39,701 nt of DNA from Candidatus Micrarchaeia archaeon (GTDB lineage: Archaea > Micrarchaeota > Micrarchaeia > Micrarchaeales > CABMGC01), in assembly GCA_049964835.1 (NCBI GenBank), contig JBMFWW010000003.1, positions 18,470 to 58,170 on the forward strand, in the 5' to 3' direction. This document shows, piece after piece, positions 20,148 through 28,786 of the stretch. The notes under the pieces were generated by a model. It made no database searches. It was not told the origin of the DNA and was given only the letters and a program-made list of their open reading frames with translations. Positions within the stretch are counted from its first letter, which is position 1. Each line of letters begins with the position of its first letter. The position numbers were made by a program, and so were the translations under genes.

Positions 20148-21272
20148 TTGAAAATAACGCAGATACATAACATATTAATAAAAGGAGATGGCATAAGCAA
20201 CACTATTAGAGTGACACAAAAAATTAACGAAGCTCTAAATATAAATAACCACATAGCAGTAGAACTATTTTCAGAATATTATAATGTTTATGAATTTGCT
20301 ATATATGATTACTTTAAATTAAATTTTTATGAAATGTTTAAAAAATTTATGTTTGTAGAAAATAAATATAAATATGCAAAAATCTTTATTGAAGCTTTAA
20401 AAAGATATAAAAAGAACGTTGCAAAAACTATAATAGAAAATGCAGACATAAGAATGTGGCATTTCGGATCTGGTTATGAACTTTTTAATTTTATACACTT
20501 CAAAGATATAGTATATTACCATAATATTACATTTCCACATCTTGTAACTAATGCAAGGGCTATGGTTGAATCTAGATTGCAATTAATGTCGTTAAAAGAT
20601 ATGAACCCATTTTTCATAACACAAAGTAACTTTAATAAAAAATGTTTAATAAGAATGGGTTTTGAAGAGGAGGATATATTTGTCACAATACCATATCACA
20701 AGAAAAACTTCTCAAAAATACCTATAAAAAAAATTAATAAACCAAGATTATTGTCTTACGGAAGATATAGCAATAACAAAGGTATTCCTGAACTTGCAAA
20801 ACTCTGTAATGAGGCTGATCTTTACCTTACTACATTTGGAGATAACTATAGTGTTACGGAATATAAAAATAATTATAAAAAATCAAAAAAGTATGCAAAT
20901 GGAAAGATAACTATTATTGGCAAAGTGCCTGAAATAGATACATACTTGAATAATTCAGATATTTTTGTATTGAATAGTTACCATGAAGGTGCAAGCTTGC
21001 CATCTGTTGAAGCTGAAGCTTATGGTTTGCCTTTACTTTTGAAAAGTGGTACTGCATTAGATGAATTAATTATAGAAGGTGAAAAGAGAAATGGATATCT
21101 ATTTGATAATGTCTCTGAGATACCCGAACTAGTAGAGAAAATAAGAAAGGATTATAATAAATTTAGATATAATGCGTGGATGCATAGTAAAAAGTATTCT
21201 ATTGATAAATATCAAAAATCTTATTCTGAAGCATTAATTAAATATAAGAATTGGAAGATAAAAAGTAGATGA
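20148..21272 (+). CDS. GT4-family glycosyltransferase
   Basis: GDGISN, YYHNIT, YGRYSNNKG, SYHEGASLPSVEAEAYGLP. Confidence 0.88.
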   Translation: MKITQIHNILIKGDGISNTIRVTQKINEALNINNHIAVELFSEYYNVYEFAIYDYFKLNFYEMFKKFMFVENKYKYAKIFIEALKRYKKNVAKTIIENADIRMWHFGSGYELFNFIHFKDIVYYHNITFPHLVTNARAMVESRLQLMSLKDMNPFFITQSNFNKKCLIRMGFEEEDIFVTIPYHKKNFSKIPIKKINKPRLLSYGRYSNNKGIPELAKLCNEADLYLTTFGDNYSVTEYKNNYKKSKKYANGKITIIGKVPEIDTYLNNSDIFVLNSYHEGASLPSVEAEAYGLPLLLKSGTALDELIIEGEKRNGYLFDNVSEIPELVEKIRKDYNKFRYNAWMHSKKYSIDKYQKSYSEALIKYKNWKIKSR

Positions 21273-22444
21273 AAAATATGCCAATTAAAATTAAAATAGC
21301 AAAGTTATGGTATTTGGCAAAGCAAGGCTACTCTGAAATAGGTTTTGGAATCTCGTTGATAACTTATGCTTTACTTCTTTATTCTGCTACCTTTCTTCAT
21401 GTCTTAGGTTTAATCGGATTTTTTCTAATAACCATAATATTTGTAGGTATACAGCCTTTAGTTGGATATATATTTTATAAATATAAAGTAATGTCTGAAA
21501 TGCATAGAATAAATACAACAACTTCACCATATATAGATGAAATTATTGGAAAAAAGGAGATGTGGTCATATAATGCAACAATTACACAACTTAGAATTCA
21601 GCAGATGCTCTTAGATAATCAAATACAAATAAATAAAAAATTGGGAATAGATCCGCAGGTTTTAGAAAATATAAAAGATAATGAACTTGAAAATATAATA
21701 ATGGGTTATGAAAAGTTTCTTGTACCAGCATATTCAAGTATAAAAGACAATGAAAATGAAAGGTATGTATCTATTGATTATAAAAATAAAACATATAAGT
21801 TTTATTATAAAACGCTTGCTCAAAAAAGAAGTTTGATACATCTTATAGGCGAGCAGTTTTTGGGAGAGAATTATAACTGGCTTGATGTTAAGAATAAAGA
21901 AGTAGTAGATGTTGGAGCGTGTATGGGTGATACGATAGTTTGGTTTTCAGCAAACGGTGCAAAAAGGATAGTTGCATTTGAACCTTATACACAAAATTAT
22001 AATTGCGCAATGAAAACTATAAAAGAAAATCAAATACAGAATGTTATTTTAGAAAGAAAAGGTGTTGGTATCACAAAGGTTATAAGTATACCTAAAGATT
22101 TTAATTCTACAGCATATAGTGAATTATTAATAGATAATAATGGTATTAAAACACAGATTCTAAGTCTTGAAAAAATTGTTAGTTTATATAAAATAAAAAA
22201 AGACGCTGTGCTTAAAATGGACTGTGAAGGCTGTGAATATGATGCGATACTTACTGCAAAAAAAGATACATTAAGAATATTTAAGAAGATGATGTTTGAA
22301 TACCACAAAGGTTATTTACCAATTAAAAAGAAGCTTGAAGATGCAGGATTTCGAGTAGATGGTAATAAACGTCTTTCTTGGAATGATCCTAATACTCCGA
22401 ATCCAAAGGTTTTAGGATTTCTATATGCTGAAAGAATAGATTAA
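21269..22444 (+). CDS. FkbM-family methyltransferase with an N-terminal membrane domain
   Basis: VVDVGACMGDT, IVAFEP, LKMDCEGCEY, FEYH; first ~150 aa carry two TM helices. Confidence 0.85.
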   Translation: MKNMPIKIKIAKLWYLAKQGYSEIGFGISLITYALLLYSATFLHVLGLIGFFLITIIFVGIQPLVGYIFYKYKVMSEMHRINTTTSPYIDEIIGKKEMWSYNATITQLRIQQMLLDNQIQINKKLGIDPQVLENIKDNELENIIMGYEKFLVPAYSSIKDNENERYVSIDYKNKTYKFYYKTLAQKRSLIHLIGEQFLGENYNWLDVKNKEVVDVGACMGDTIVWFSANGAKRIVAFEPYTQNYNCAMKTIKENQIQNVILERKGVGITKVISIPKDFNSTAYSELLIDNNGIKTQILSLEKIVSLYKIKKDAVLKMDCEGCEYDAILTAKKDTLRIFKKMMFEYHKGYLPIKKKLEDAGFRVDGNKRLSWNDPNTPNPKVLGFLYAERID

Positions 22445-23118
22445 TGAATTATTTTTTTCTCATTTAAAAAGTATATACAATATTGGTTAATTGGACAGTT
22501 TGTGCAGGTTGGCTCCTTTTTGCAGTTTGTTTTTGCAAGTTCTACTAACTCTCCGTGAAACTTTTTGTACTCCTTTGCGTTTGGAGTTATCTCGTTATGT
22601 ATAATACTTTGCAAATCTTCATAAGTTAACTCTTCGTTATTACCAAAGACTCGCTTTGTTATTCTTTTAGTATATGCATCTATAACAAAAATTGGCTTGT
22701 TTGCACAGTAAAGCAGTATAGAATCGGCAGTTTCAGGACCTATTCCATTTAATGAAAGCAGTTCTTTTCTTAGTAATTGAGTATCTTTCATGAAAAAGTT
22801 ATCCAAAGAGGTATAATTAGTTATTATATAAGATGCTGAATTTTTAAGGCGTAATGCTTTCTGGTGATAGAAGCCGCTTGGTTTTATTGCATGTTCCAGC
22901 TCTTTAAGATTGCATTTTGATATAAGAGTAAGTGAAAGAAGACCTTTCTCTTTTAAATTGAAAACGGCCTTTTCAACATTCTTCCAGTTGGTATTTTGAG
23001 TAAGGATAGCCCCTATAAAAATTTCATCCTTTGTATCTCCAGGCCACCAAGAATCAAAGTTGAATTTAGTGTCTAGAATTTTGTGTAGCTTTTTAAAAGA
23101 TATATTCTTTTTATTCAT
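22441..23118 (-). CDS. Endonuclease III-related HhH-GPD protein with a 4Fe-4S motif
   Basis: WWP, GAILTQNTNWKNV, LLSLNGIGPETADSILLY, FVIDAY, C-x5-C-x2-CP-x4-C. Confidence 0.9.
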   Translation of the reverse strand: MNKKNISFKKLHKILDTKFNFDSWWPGDTKDEIFIGAILTQNTNWKNVEKAVFNLKEKGLLSLTLISKCNLKELEHAIKPSGFYHQKALRLKNSASYIITNYTSLDNFFMKDTQLLRKELLSLNGIGPETADSILLYCANKPIFVIDAYTKRITKRVFGNNEELTYEDLQSIIHNEITPNAKEYKKFHGELVELAKTNCKKEPTCTNCPINQYCIYFLNEKKIIH

Positions 23119-23119
23119 T

Positions 23120-23587
23120 TTATATTTTTAGCTCTCCGCTCTTTATCTTTGCTATAGCTTCTCTTGCATCCATTCCTTCTACCTTTATATTCATGCTTTT
23201 ACACGTTCCTAAAACTTGATTTACTCTAGATGCAATTGAATTGCCATACATGCTCATGCTTTTTGACTCTGCTATCTTCTTAGCTTGTGAAAGCTTTAAA
23301 TCTCCTGGAACCTCCTCTTTTGTTTTTGCTCCTTTTTGAATACCTAGTTCCTTAAGAATTAGTGCACTTGTTGGTGGAGTTCCTATCTCTACCTTATACT
23401 TTTTTGTAGAAGGATCTACTATTACCTTTACAGGAACCTTTATACCTGAAAATGCACTTGTTTTCTTATTTATCTCAGAAATTATTTCATTTATGTTTAC
23501 TCCGGTAGGACCTAAAGCTGGACCAAATGGTGGACCGCTTGTTGCCTTACCTCCTTCTATTAGACCATTTATTATTATCTCCGGCAT
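23120..23587 (-). CDS. rpl11: 50S ribosomal protein uL11
   Basis: GGKATSGPPFGPALGPTG, VPVKV, PPTSALI, GTCKSM. Confidence 0.96.
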   Translation of the reverse strand: MPEIIINGLIEGGKATSGPPFGPALGPTGVNINEIISEINKKTSAFSGIKVPVKVIVDPSTKKYKVEIGTPPTSALILKELGIQKGAKTKEEVPGDLKLSQAKKIAESKSMSMYGNSIASRVNQVLGTCKSMNIKVEGMDAREAIAKIKSGELKI

Positions 23588-24033
23588 TATGCTCCCTCAG
23601 ATTTTTGTATTATTTTTGCAATATTAGACTTTGTAGTGACAGGTATTGGAACTGCTACATCCATAAGCTCTACCGTTATTTCATCTTTTACAGAATCTAC
23701 CTTCTTTACCTTAGCTTTATATCCTTTGAATGGACCTGACATAAACTCTACTACATCATTTATTGAGATCTTCTGTGATACCTGCTTTACTACTAGCATT
23801 TTAGAAACCTCTTCTTCTGTTAAAGGCTTTGAAAGTATACCTTTAACATGAGGCTCATTTAATATAAGATCCCTGCATGCATTTTCATTCTCGCATTCAA
23901 GTATTATGTAACCACGCATACCATTAGGTAGTATTATAGAGTAAACTGGGATATTTGTCATTCGTACTTTATTCTCTAATATGTCTGCTGTAATCTTTTC
24001 TTGGCTTGAGGTTACTCTTGCTATTAAATACAT
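23587..24033 (-). CDS. spt5: Transcription elongation factor Spt5/NusG
   Basis: NGN domain (RVT..QE, GYIILE) plus KOW (VEFMSGPFKGYKAKV), VPIPVT; directly upstream of rpl11. Confidence 0.93.
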   Translation of the reverse strand: MYLIARVTSSQEKITADILENKVRMTNIPVYSIILPNGMRGYIILECENENACRDLILNEPHVKGILSKPLTEEEVSKMLVVKQVSQKISINDVVEFMSGPFKGYKAKVKKVDSVKDEITVELMDVAVPIPVTTKSNIAKIIQKSEGA

Positions 24034-24140
24034 AATTACCACATTATATTATTTTATTATCTAACTTTATATAGCAGTTGGTTTTTATTACATATGCTTT
24101 AAAACTTTAATCTATTTAATTATATGCTTGTATTGATTAT

Positions 24141-25184
24141 ATGCTTGTCGTAAAAGTAAAAACCAAATATGCTGAAAGTGCTAAAAAGTACCTTTCAGTG
24201 CATACGCTAATTGACAATAATTATAATGTATTAGGTAGTAATTACTTTATATATTTTCCTATAAAGAGCATAACCACTAAGGAACTTGAGATTTTGAAAA
24301 AAAGATTTAAAGCAACAATTGTGAATAAGAAACTTGAATTTAGAAACTCAAATAAAAGCTATGTTGAATTATTAAAAAAAATTCTGGGAGATAAATTTGA
24401 TACCGCTCCACGAGGTTTTGAAATACTTGGCTCTTTAGCAATAATAGATGCTGAAAAAGATATAGCAAAAAAAATAGCAACTGTTATCTTTTCAGTAAAC
24501 ACGAATATTAAAACGGTTGTTAGAAAAGCTGGCTCAGTTAAAGGAAGATATAGAAAGAGAACTTATGAATATGTAGCTGGCGATAAAACCTTCGATGTTT
24601 TATACAGAGAAAATGGTGTAGTGCTTAAATTTGATCTTAGGGATACCTTTTTTTCGACAAGATTAGCTTTTGAGAGAAAACGCATTGCAACACTATCTAA
24701 GGGCGATGAAAATGTTATAGTAATGTTCGCAGGTGTTGGTCCTTTTGCCATAGAGATAGCAAAGCATAACAAAAACTCTAAAGTTGTTGCAATAGAAATA
24801 AACAGAAATGCAGTAAGGTACATGAAAGAAAATATAAAAATTAACAAAGTAGAAAATGTCATTGCTCTTAGCGGCGATGTGAATAAGAAGATTTTGGGGT
24901 ATAAGAACTTTGCAGATAGAATAGTAATGCCGCTTCCAAAAGATTCTGGATCATTTCTAGATGCAGTAGTTTATGCCGCTTCTGAGAGCTGTATTGTACA
25001 TTATTACGCCTTTGTTGATTTGGATGGAGGGGCTAAAGAATTAGAAAATAAATTGAAAACCTTCTTTGAAAAAAAGAACTTTAAATTTGAAAGTGTTTTT
25101 ATTAGAACGGTAAGACCCTATTCTCCGAATATTATTGAAATAGTTATTGATTTTAAAATAATGCGTAAGAAAAGCAAAAAGTAA
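24141..25184 (+). CDS. trm5: tRNA m1G37 methyltransferase Trm5 (Met-10+ family)
   Basis: YRENG, FFSTRLAFERKRI, MFAGVGPFAI, EIN, DRIVMPLP, HYY. Confidence 0.88.
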   Translation: MLVVKVKTKYAESAKKYLSVHTLIDNNYNVLGSNYFIYFPIKSITTKELEILKKRFKATIVNKKLEFRNSNKSYVELLKKILGDKFDTAPRGFEILGSLAIIDAEKDIAKKIATVIFSVNTNIKTVVRKAGSVKGRYRKRTYEYVAGDKTFDVLYRENGVVLKFDLRDTFFSTRLAFERKRIATLSKGDENVIVMFAGVGPFAIEIAKHNKNSKVVAIEINRNAVRYMKENIKINKVENVIALSGDVNKKILGYKNFADRIVMPLPKDSGSFLDAVVYAASESCIVHYYAFVDLDGGAKELENKLKTFFEKKNFKFESVFIRTVRPYSPNIIEIVIDFKIMRKKSKK

Positions 25185-25227
25185 TAATACTTTATATTGA
25201 ATATAAATTCAACAAAGAAAGGATATA

Positions 25228-26280
25228 ATGAGAAAATCAATGAAAGCGCAAGCAACAATAGAGTTCATGAGTACCTATGGTTTCATGTTTTTGATATTAG
25301 GTATAGCTATAGTTGCAATAGTTTTGATTACAACTTATACTAATACAATACAGAGTACAACATGCACTCCTTATGGTGGATTAAACTGCAATTATGTCTA
25401 TTATTACAACAATCAAAATTCTAATTATGGTGTTTTAGAATTATCTTTTGGAAACTCGCAAGAGGTTCCCATAAATATAACAAGTATAAATGCAAGTATT
25501 TTAAATTTGAATGAAACGGGAGTGTGTAGTCCAACATTTTTATATCCAGGACAAGAAAGTATATGCGAAATACCTTTCAATAGCTTAAATCTTGCAGATC
25601 AAAATGAATATGGTTCTTATAGTGTAAACGCAGGTTACTGCAACTCCAATATAAATTACTTGAATGGTACAAGCTGTACGTATAATACAACTATTTACAA
25701 AGGTAACTTCTATTTGTACTCTTCAAGTACTGCAGTTAATCCGTTTGTAACAATATTAGGAGTTGGTTCAAATACCTTGCAATTAAATCCGGAGTTATCA
25801 ATACCAATAATACCGCCTAATTATACAATCGAACAGAATGGAGATCTTGTGCCAATTAGTACTTATAACAGCATAATTTATGCATTTGGAAGTTCAGTAT
25901 ATGTAGGTCAAAATTATCTTGGTGCAAATGTTATTTCTTTTCCTTCAACCCTTTCAGATTTAAATAATATGGAAGTTTCCTGTAATGCCCCATATAATTC
26001 ATTGCTTTCCGTTTCTTATTCGACTTTCTATATGTATCAACCAAATACAATTAGCATAAACGCTTATGCGACTAATGCAATACAAATATATTATAAAAAT
26101 AGTTTATGGAAAAATTGGGCGCAAGCATTTACAACTACCAACTGGAACAAAAATAATGGTATTGTTGAATATACGTCGCAAAACAGCATACCTTCTGGAA
26201 ATTATGAAGTTGCAGTAGTTTGGGAACAGAGTTGTGGTAGTGGACTACAGGCAGTTCAGATAAGCAATATTTACTCGTAA
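25228..26280 (+). CDS. Class III signal peptide (type IV pilin-like) surface protein
   Basis: MRKSMKAQATIEFMSTYG followed by a hydrophobic helix; Cys pairs; beta-rich C-terminus. Confidence 0.75.
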   Translation: MRKSMKAQATIEFMSTYGFMFLILGIAIVAIVLITTYTNTIQSTTCTPYGGLNCNYVYYYNNQNSNYGVLELSFGNSQEVPINITSINASILNLNETGVCSPTFLYPGQESICEIPFNSLNLADQNEYGSYSVNAGYCNSNINYLNGTSCTYNTTIYKGNFYLYSSSTAVNPFVTILGVGSNTLQLNPELSIPIIPPNYTIEQNGDLVPISTYNSIIYAFGSSVYVGQNYLGANVISFPSTLSDLNNMEVSCNAPYNSLLSVSYSTFYMYQPNTISINAYATNAIQIYYKNSLWKNWAQAFTTTNWNKNNGIVEYTSQNSIPSGNYEVAVVWEQSCGSGLQAVQISNIYS

Positions 26281-26328
26281 TCTTATCAAAGAAAAGATTG
26301 AGTGAAATAATACCGATTTTCTTATTAA

Positions 26329-27369
26329 CTAATTTTTTAAAAGATACTTTGGTATTCCAGCTATATTCTTAAATGATGCGAGCTGTTTTCCTGCTTCATC
26401 TTCAGAGTTGTATATTTCTATAAGAACATTTTGCTTATCTGCTTTTTCAAGTATATTCTTTATTTCCCTATTCCATATAACCGAATCGTTGACTATTATC
26501 AATCCTATAGAGTATTTATCAAGAGCTTCATTTATTTTTTCTATTCCAGATATCGAGGTTCCTGCTCTAAGTGAATTTAAGAACATATTTAAGTATTCAA
26601 ACTCTTTTTTAATATGTTCATTCTCAAAAATTCTAGAAACAGATTCGCTCTGCATTACCTCTCTTATTCCTGATCTTTCTGTATCGCTACATGATTCATA
26701 AAATAATTTTTTATTTATTTTTATTCCTTCCTTTTCTATATATTTTTTAATGTCTTCTTTAGTAAAACCCGGACCAGCAATTACAACTATGTTTACTTCT
26801 AGACCTGAAATTAATTTTAGTATTGAATTGAAATAAGTTACTTTTTGTTTTTCAAAATCTTTTTCGTTTAGCTTTTTGCTTAATTTACTGTATACTTCAG
26901 TTATTATGTCAATGCCATAGCCGCGTACATATGCAAATGCTGCTTTTTCATCGTCTAATACAACAATCCCGAGCTTTGATTTCTTTGAATCGGCTACGGC
27001 TTGCTTAAGTCTTTTGAGAATGTATTCGCTCCATTCGGGCTTTTCAATTTCTAAAAGATCAGAAACTCCAATATTTAATGTATGGTATGTGTTCAGGCGA
27101 ACAAACTCTAATGGCTTTGCTTCTATTATCTTTCCTGTTAATCTTAGCCTCCAAGCGGCTTTGTCTATTTCAATTTTTTCTAAAGTAATTCTTATGAAGA
27201 CTTCTTTCTGCTCTCCAGTATCATCTTCGGTTGATTTAAATCTCCTATAGGTATGTGAGCCTATCTTATCGTTATTATTTAGTATTATTGCCAGTAAATA
27301 TAAATCATCAAAAGATTCTGGAACTAGCTTTAACATATTTGAAACAGAATTAAAACTTATTATCTTCAT
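26329..27369 (-). CDS. pelA: Pelota/Dom34 ribosome rescue factor
   Basis: PESFDDLYLL, RLRLTGKI, YHTL, IAGPGFTK, SEDEAGKQL. Confidence 0.93.
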   Translation of the reverse strand: MKIISFNSVSNMLKLVPESFDDLYLLAIILNNNDKIGSHTYRRFKSTEDDTGEQKEVFIRITLEKIEIDKAAWRLRLTGKIIEAKPLEFVRLNTYHTLNIGVSDLLEIEKPEWSEYILKRLKQAVADSKKSKLGIVVLDDEKAAFAYVRGYGIDIITEVYSKLSKKLNEKDFEKQKVTYFNSILKLISGLEVNIVVIAGPGFTKEDIKKYIEKEGIKINKKLFYESCSDTERSGIREVMQSESVSRIFENEHIKKEFEYLNMFLNSLRAGTSISGIEKINEALDKYSIGLIIVNDSVIWNREIKNILEKADKQNVLIEIYNSEDEAGKQLASFKNIAGIPKYLLKN

Positions 27370-27486
27370 TTTTACACTTTTATTACTATATTTTATAATT
27401 AGTAAAGCAGTTATAAGTATTTGCTAATTTAATTAGTACTTTAACAACAAAGGTTATTTAAATTTTTAATATTAATATTAAAGAGC

Positions 27487-27573
27487 GCCCCTGTAGCTCA
27501 GTGGTATTTATTTACACTAAAGAGCGTCTGCATGGTAAGCAGAAGGTCGCGAGTCCGATTCTCGCCGGGGGCT
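27487..27573 (+). tRNA. tRNA-Thr(GGT) with a 15-nt D-loop intron (~27506-27520)
   Basis: Acceptor GCCCCTG/CGGGGGC, D stem GCTC/GAGC, anticodon arm TCTGC-ATGGTAA-GCAGA, T arm GCGAG-TCCGATT-CTCGC. BHB-like helix AGTG/CACT with GTA and AAA bulges. TATA-like box near 27454. Confidence 0.9.
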
Positions 27574-27679
27574 AATTCTTAAAATAATTACTAGAAAGTT
27601 TGATTCCATTTGTATATGAAAAGAAATATCTAATTAAGAAAGTATATAAATAATGATTTTCTAGTTATTAAAGATAATA

Positions 27680-28633
27680 ATGAATAAAAAAGGCAGCAAC
27701 TTGAAAGAACAAAGTGCAATGGAGTACTTAATGACTTATGGCTGGTCCATACTTCTAATAGCCATCGTTCTTGTAATACTTTTTGAATTTGGTTTTTTTA
27801 ATTCTTCACCGCTTTTCCCAAGAGTTTTTCCAGGTTCATGTAATGTTTTTAGACCTGAAGGTCCTGGAACAACGTATGATATTAATTTACAAGGAGTTTG
27901 CCATAATGTACTTCCAGAAAGCGTAATGATTTCTGAAGGTGTAGGAGATTATGTTCAAATTTATAACTCAAACGAGATAAATAGTAGGGAAAATATAGTA
28001 GGTAATCAGATAACTATAACAGCTTGGGTGTATGTAAATGGTGCACCTTACCATGATATTGTAGATAAGGAGGATCAGTACGGAATGAAACTAGATTATA
28101 ACAACCAACCACATAGCTGTTCGCCTAGCGATAGTAGTGGCTTTTGTTTAGAATGGGATACTGCTGCGGCTGCGAATCCTAGTGAATGGATAGGATATAG
28201 CTTCCCAATACCAAACTCTGGTTTTGGTAAATGGATGTTTCTTGCCGTATCTCAAAACGGTAATGAGAAGTACTGGTATGCAAATGGACAAGAAATAGGA
28301 AATCAGATAGTAAGTAGTTCTATGACATATATAAGTTCTAATTTGACTATTGGATCTGTTTCTACGGGATACGCGGCAATAACTTATGGAAATGCAGAAT
28401 GGTTTAATGGGGGTATATCAAATGTACAGTTATATAATGCAAGCTTGAATGCAAATGAGATACAAAGCTTATATAATGAAGGATTAGGAGGCGATCCTAT
28501 AAATCTTGCAAATCTAGTAGGATGGTGGCCTTTAAATGGAAATGCTCAAGATTATTCTGGTAATAATCAAAACGGCTTTGTTTACAATAATATTTATAGT
28601 GGTTCCTGGGCAAACAACTATGTCTTGCCTTAG
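27680..28633 (+). CDS. Class III signal peptide, LamG/concanavalin-like domain surface protein
   Basis: QSAMEYLMTYGW plus TM; ITITAWV, WMFLAVS, FNGGISNVQLYNASL, LVGWWPLNGNAQDYSGN. Confidence 0.88.
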   Translation: MNKKGSNLKEQSAMEYLMTYGWSILLIAIVLVILFEFGFFNSSPLFPRVFPGSCNVFRPEGPGTTYDINLQGVCHNVLPESVMISEGVGDYVQIYNSNEINSRENIVGNQITITAWVYVNGAPYHDIVDKEDQYGMKLDYNNQPHSCSPSDSSGFCLEWDTAAAANPSEWIGYSFPIPNSGFGKWMFLAVSQNGNEKYWYANGQEIGNQIVSSSMTYISSNLTIGSVSTGYAAITYGNAEWFNGGISNVQLYNASLNANEIQSLYNEGLGGDPINLANLVGWWPLNGNAQDYSGNNQNGFVYNNIYSGSWANNYVLP

Positions 28634-28665
28634 ATTGTTTTACTCATTTTACTAATTAGGTTTTG

Positions 28666-28726
28666 GTGACGTCTTCCAACCCGTAAACGGTGTGGACTTT
28701 CTTGTGGGATTTCCCGCTCACGTTGT
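28666..28726 (-). mobile_element. Orphan IS200/IS605-family right end (omegaRNA-like scaffold), with no tnpA/tnpB in the window
   Basis: Minus strand reads AACAACGTGAGCGGGAAATCCCACAAGAAAGTCCACACCG-TTTA-CGGGTTGGAAGACGTCAC: an imperfect subterminal hairpin followed by a GTCAC terminus. GC-rich patch in an AT-rich spacer. Confidence 0.6.
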
Positions 28727-28786
28727 TAAAAATTTACTAAATTTTAAAAATACTTTTAAAATGCTTTTAACATTGCTTTTAATTTT

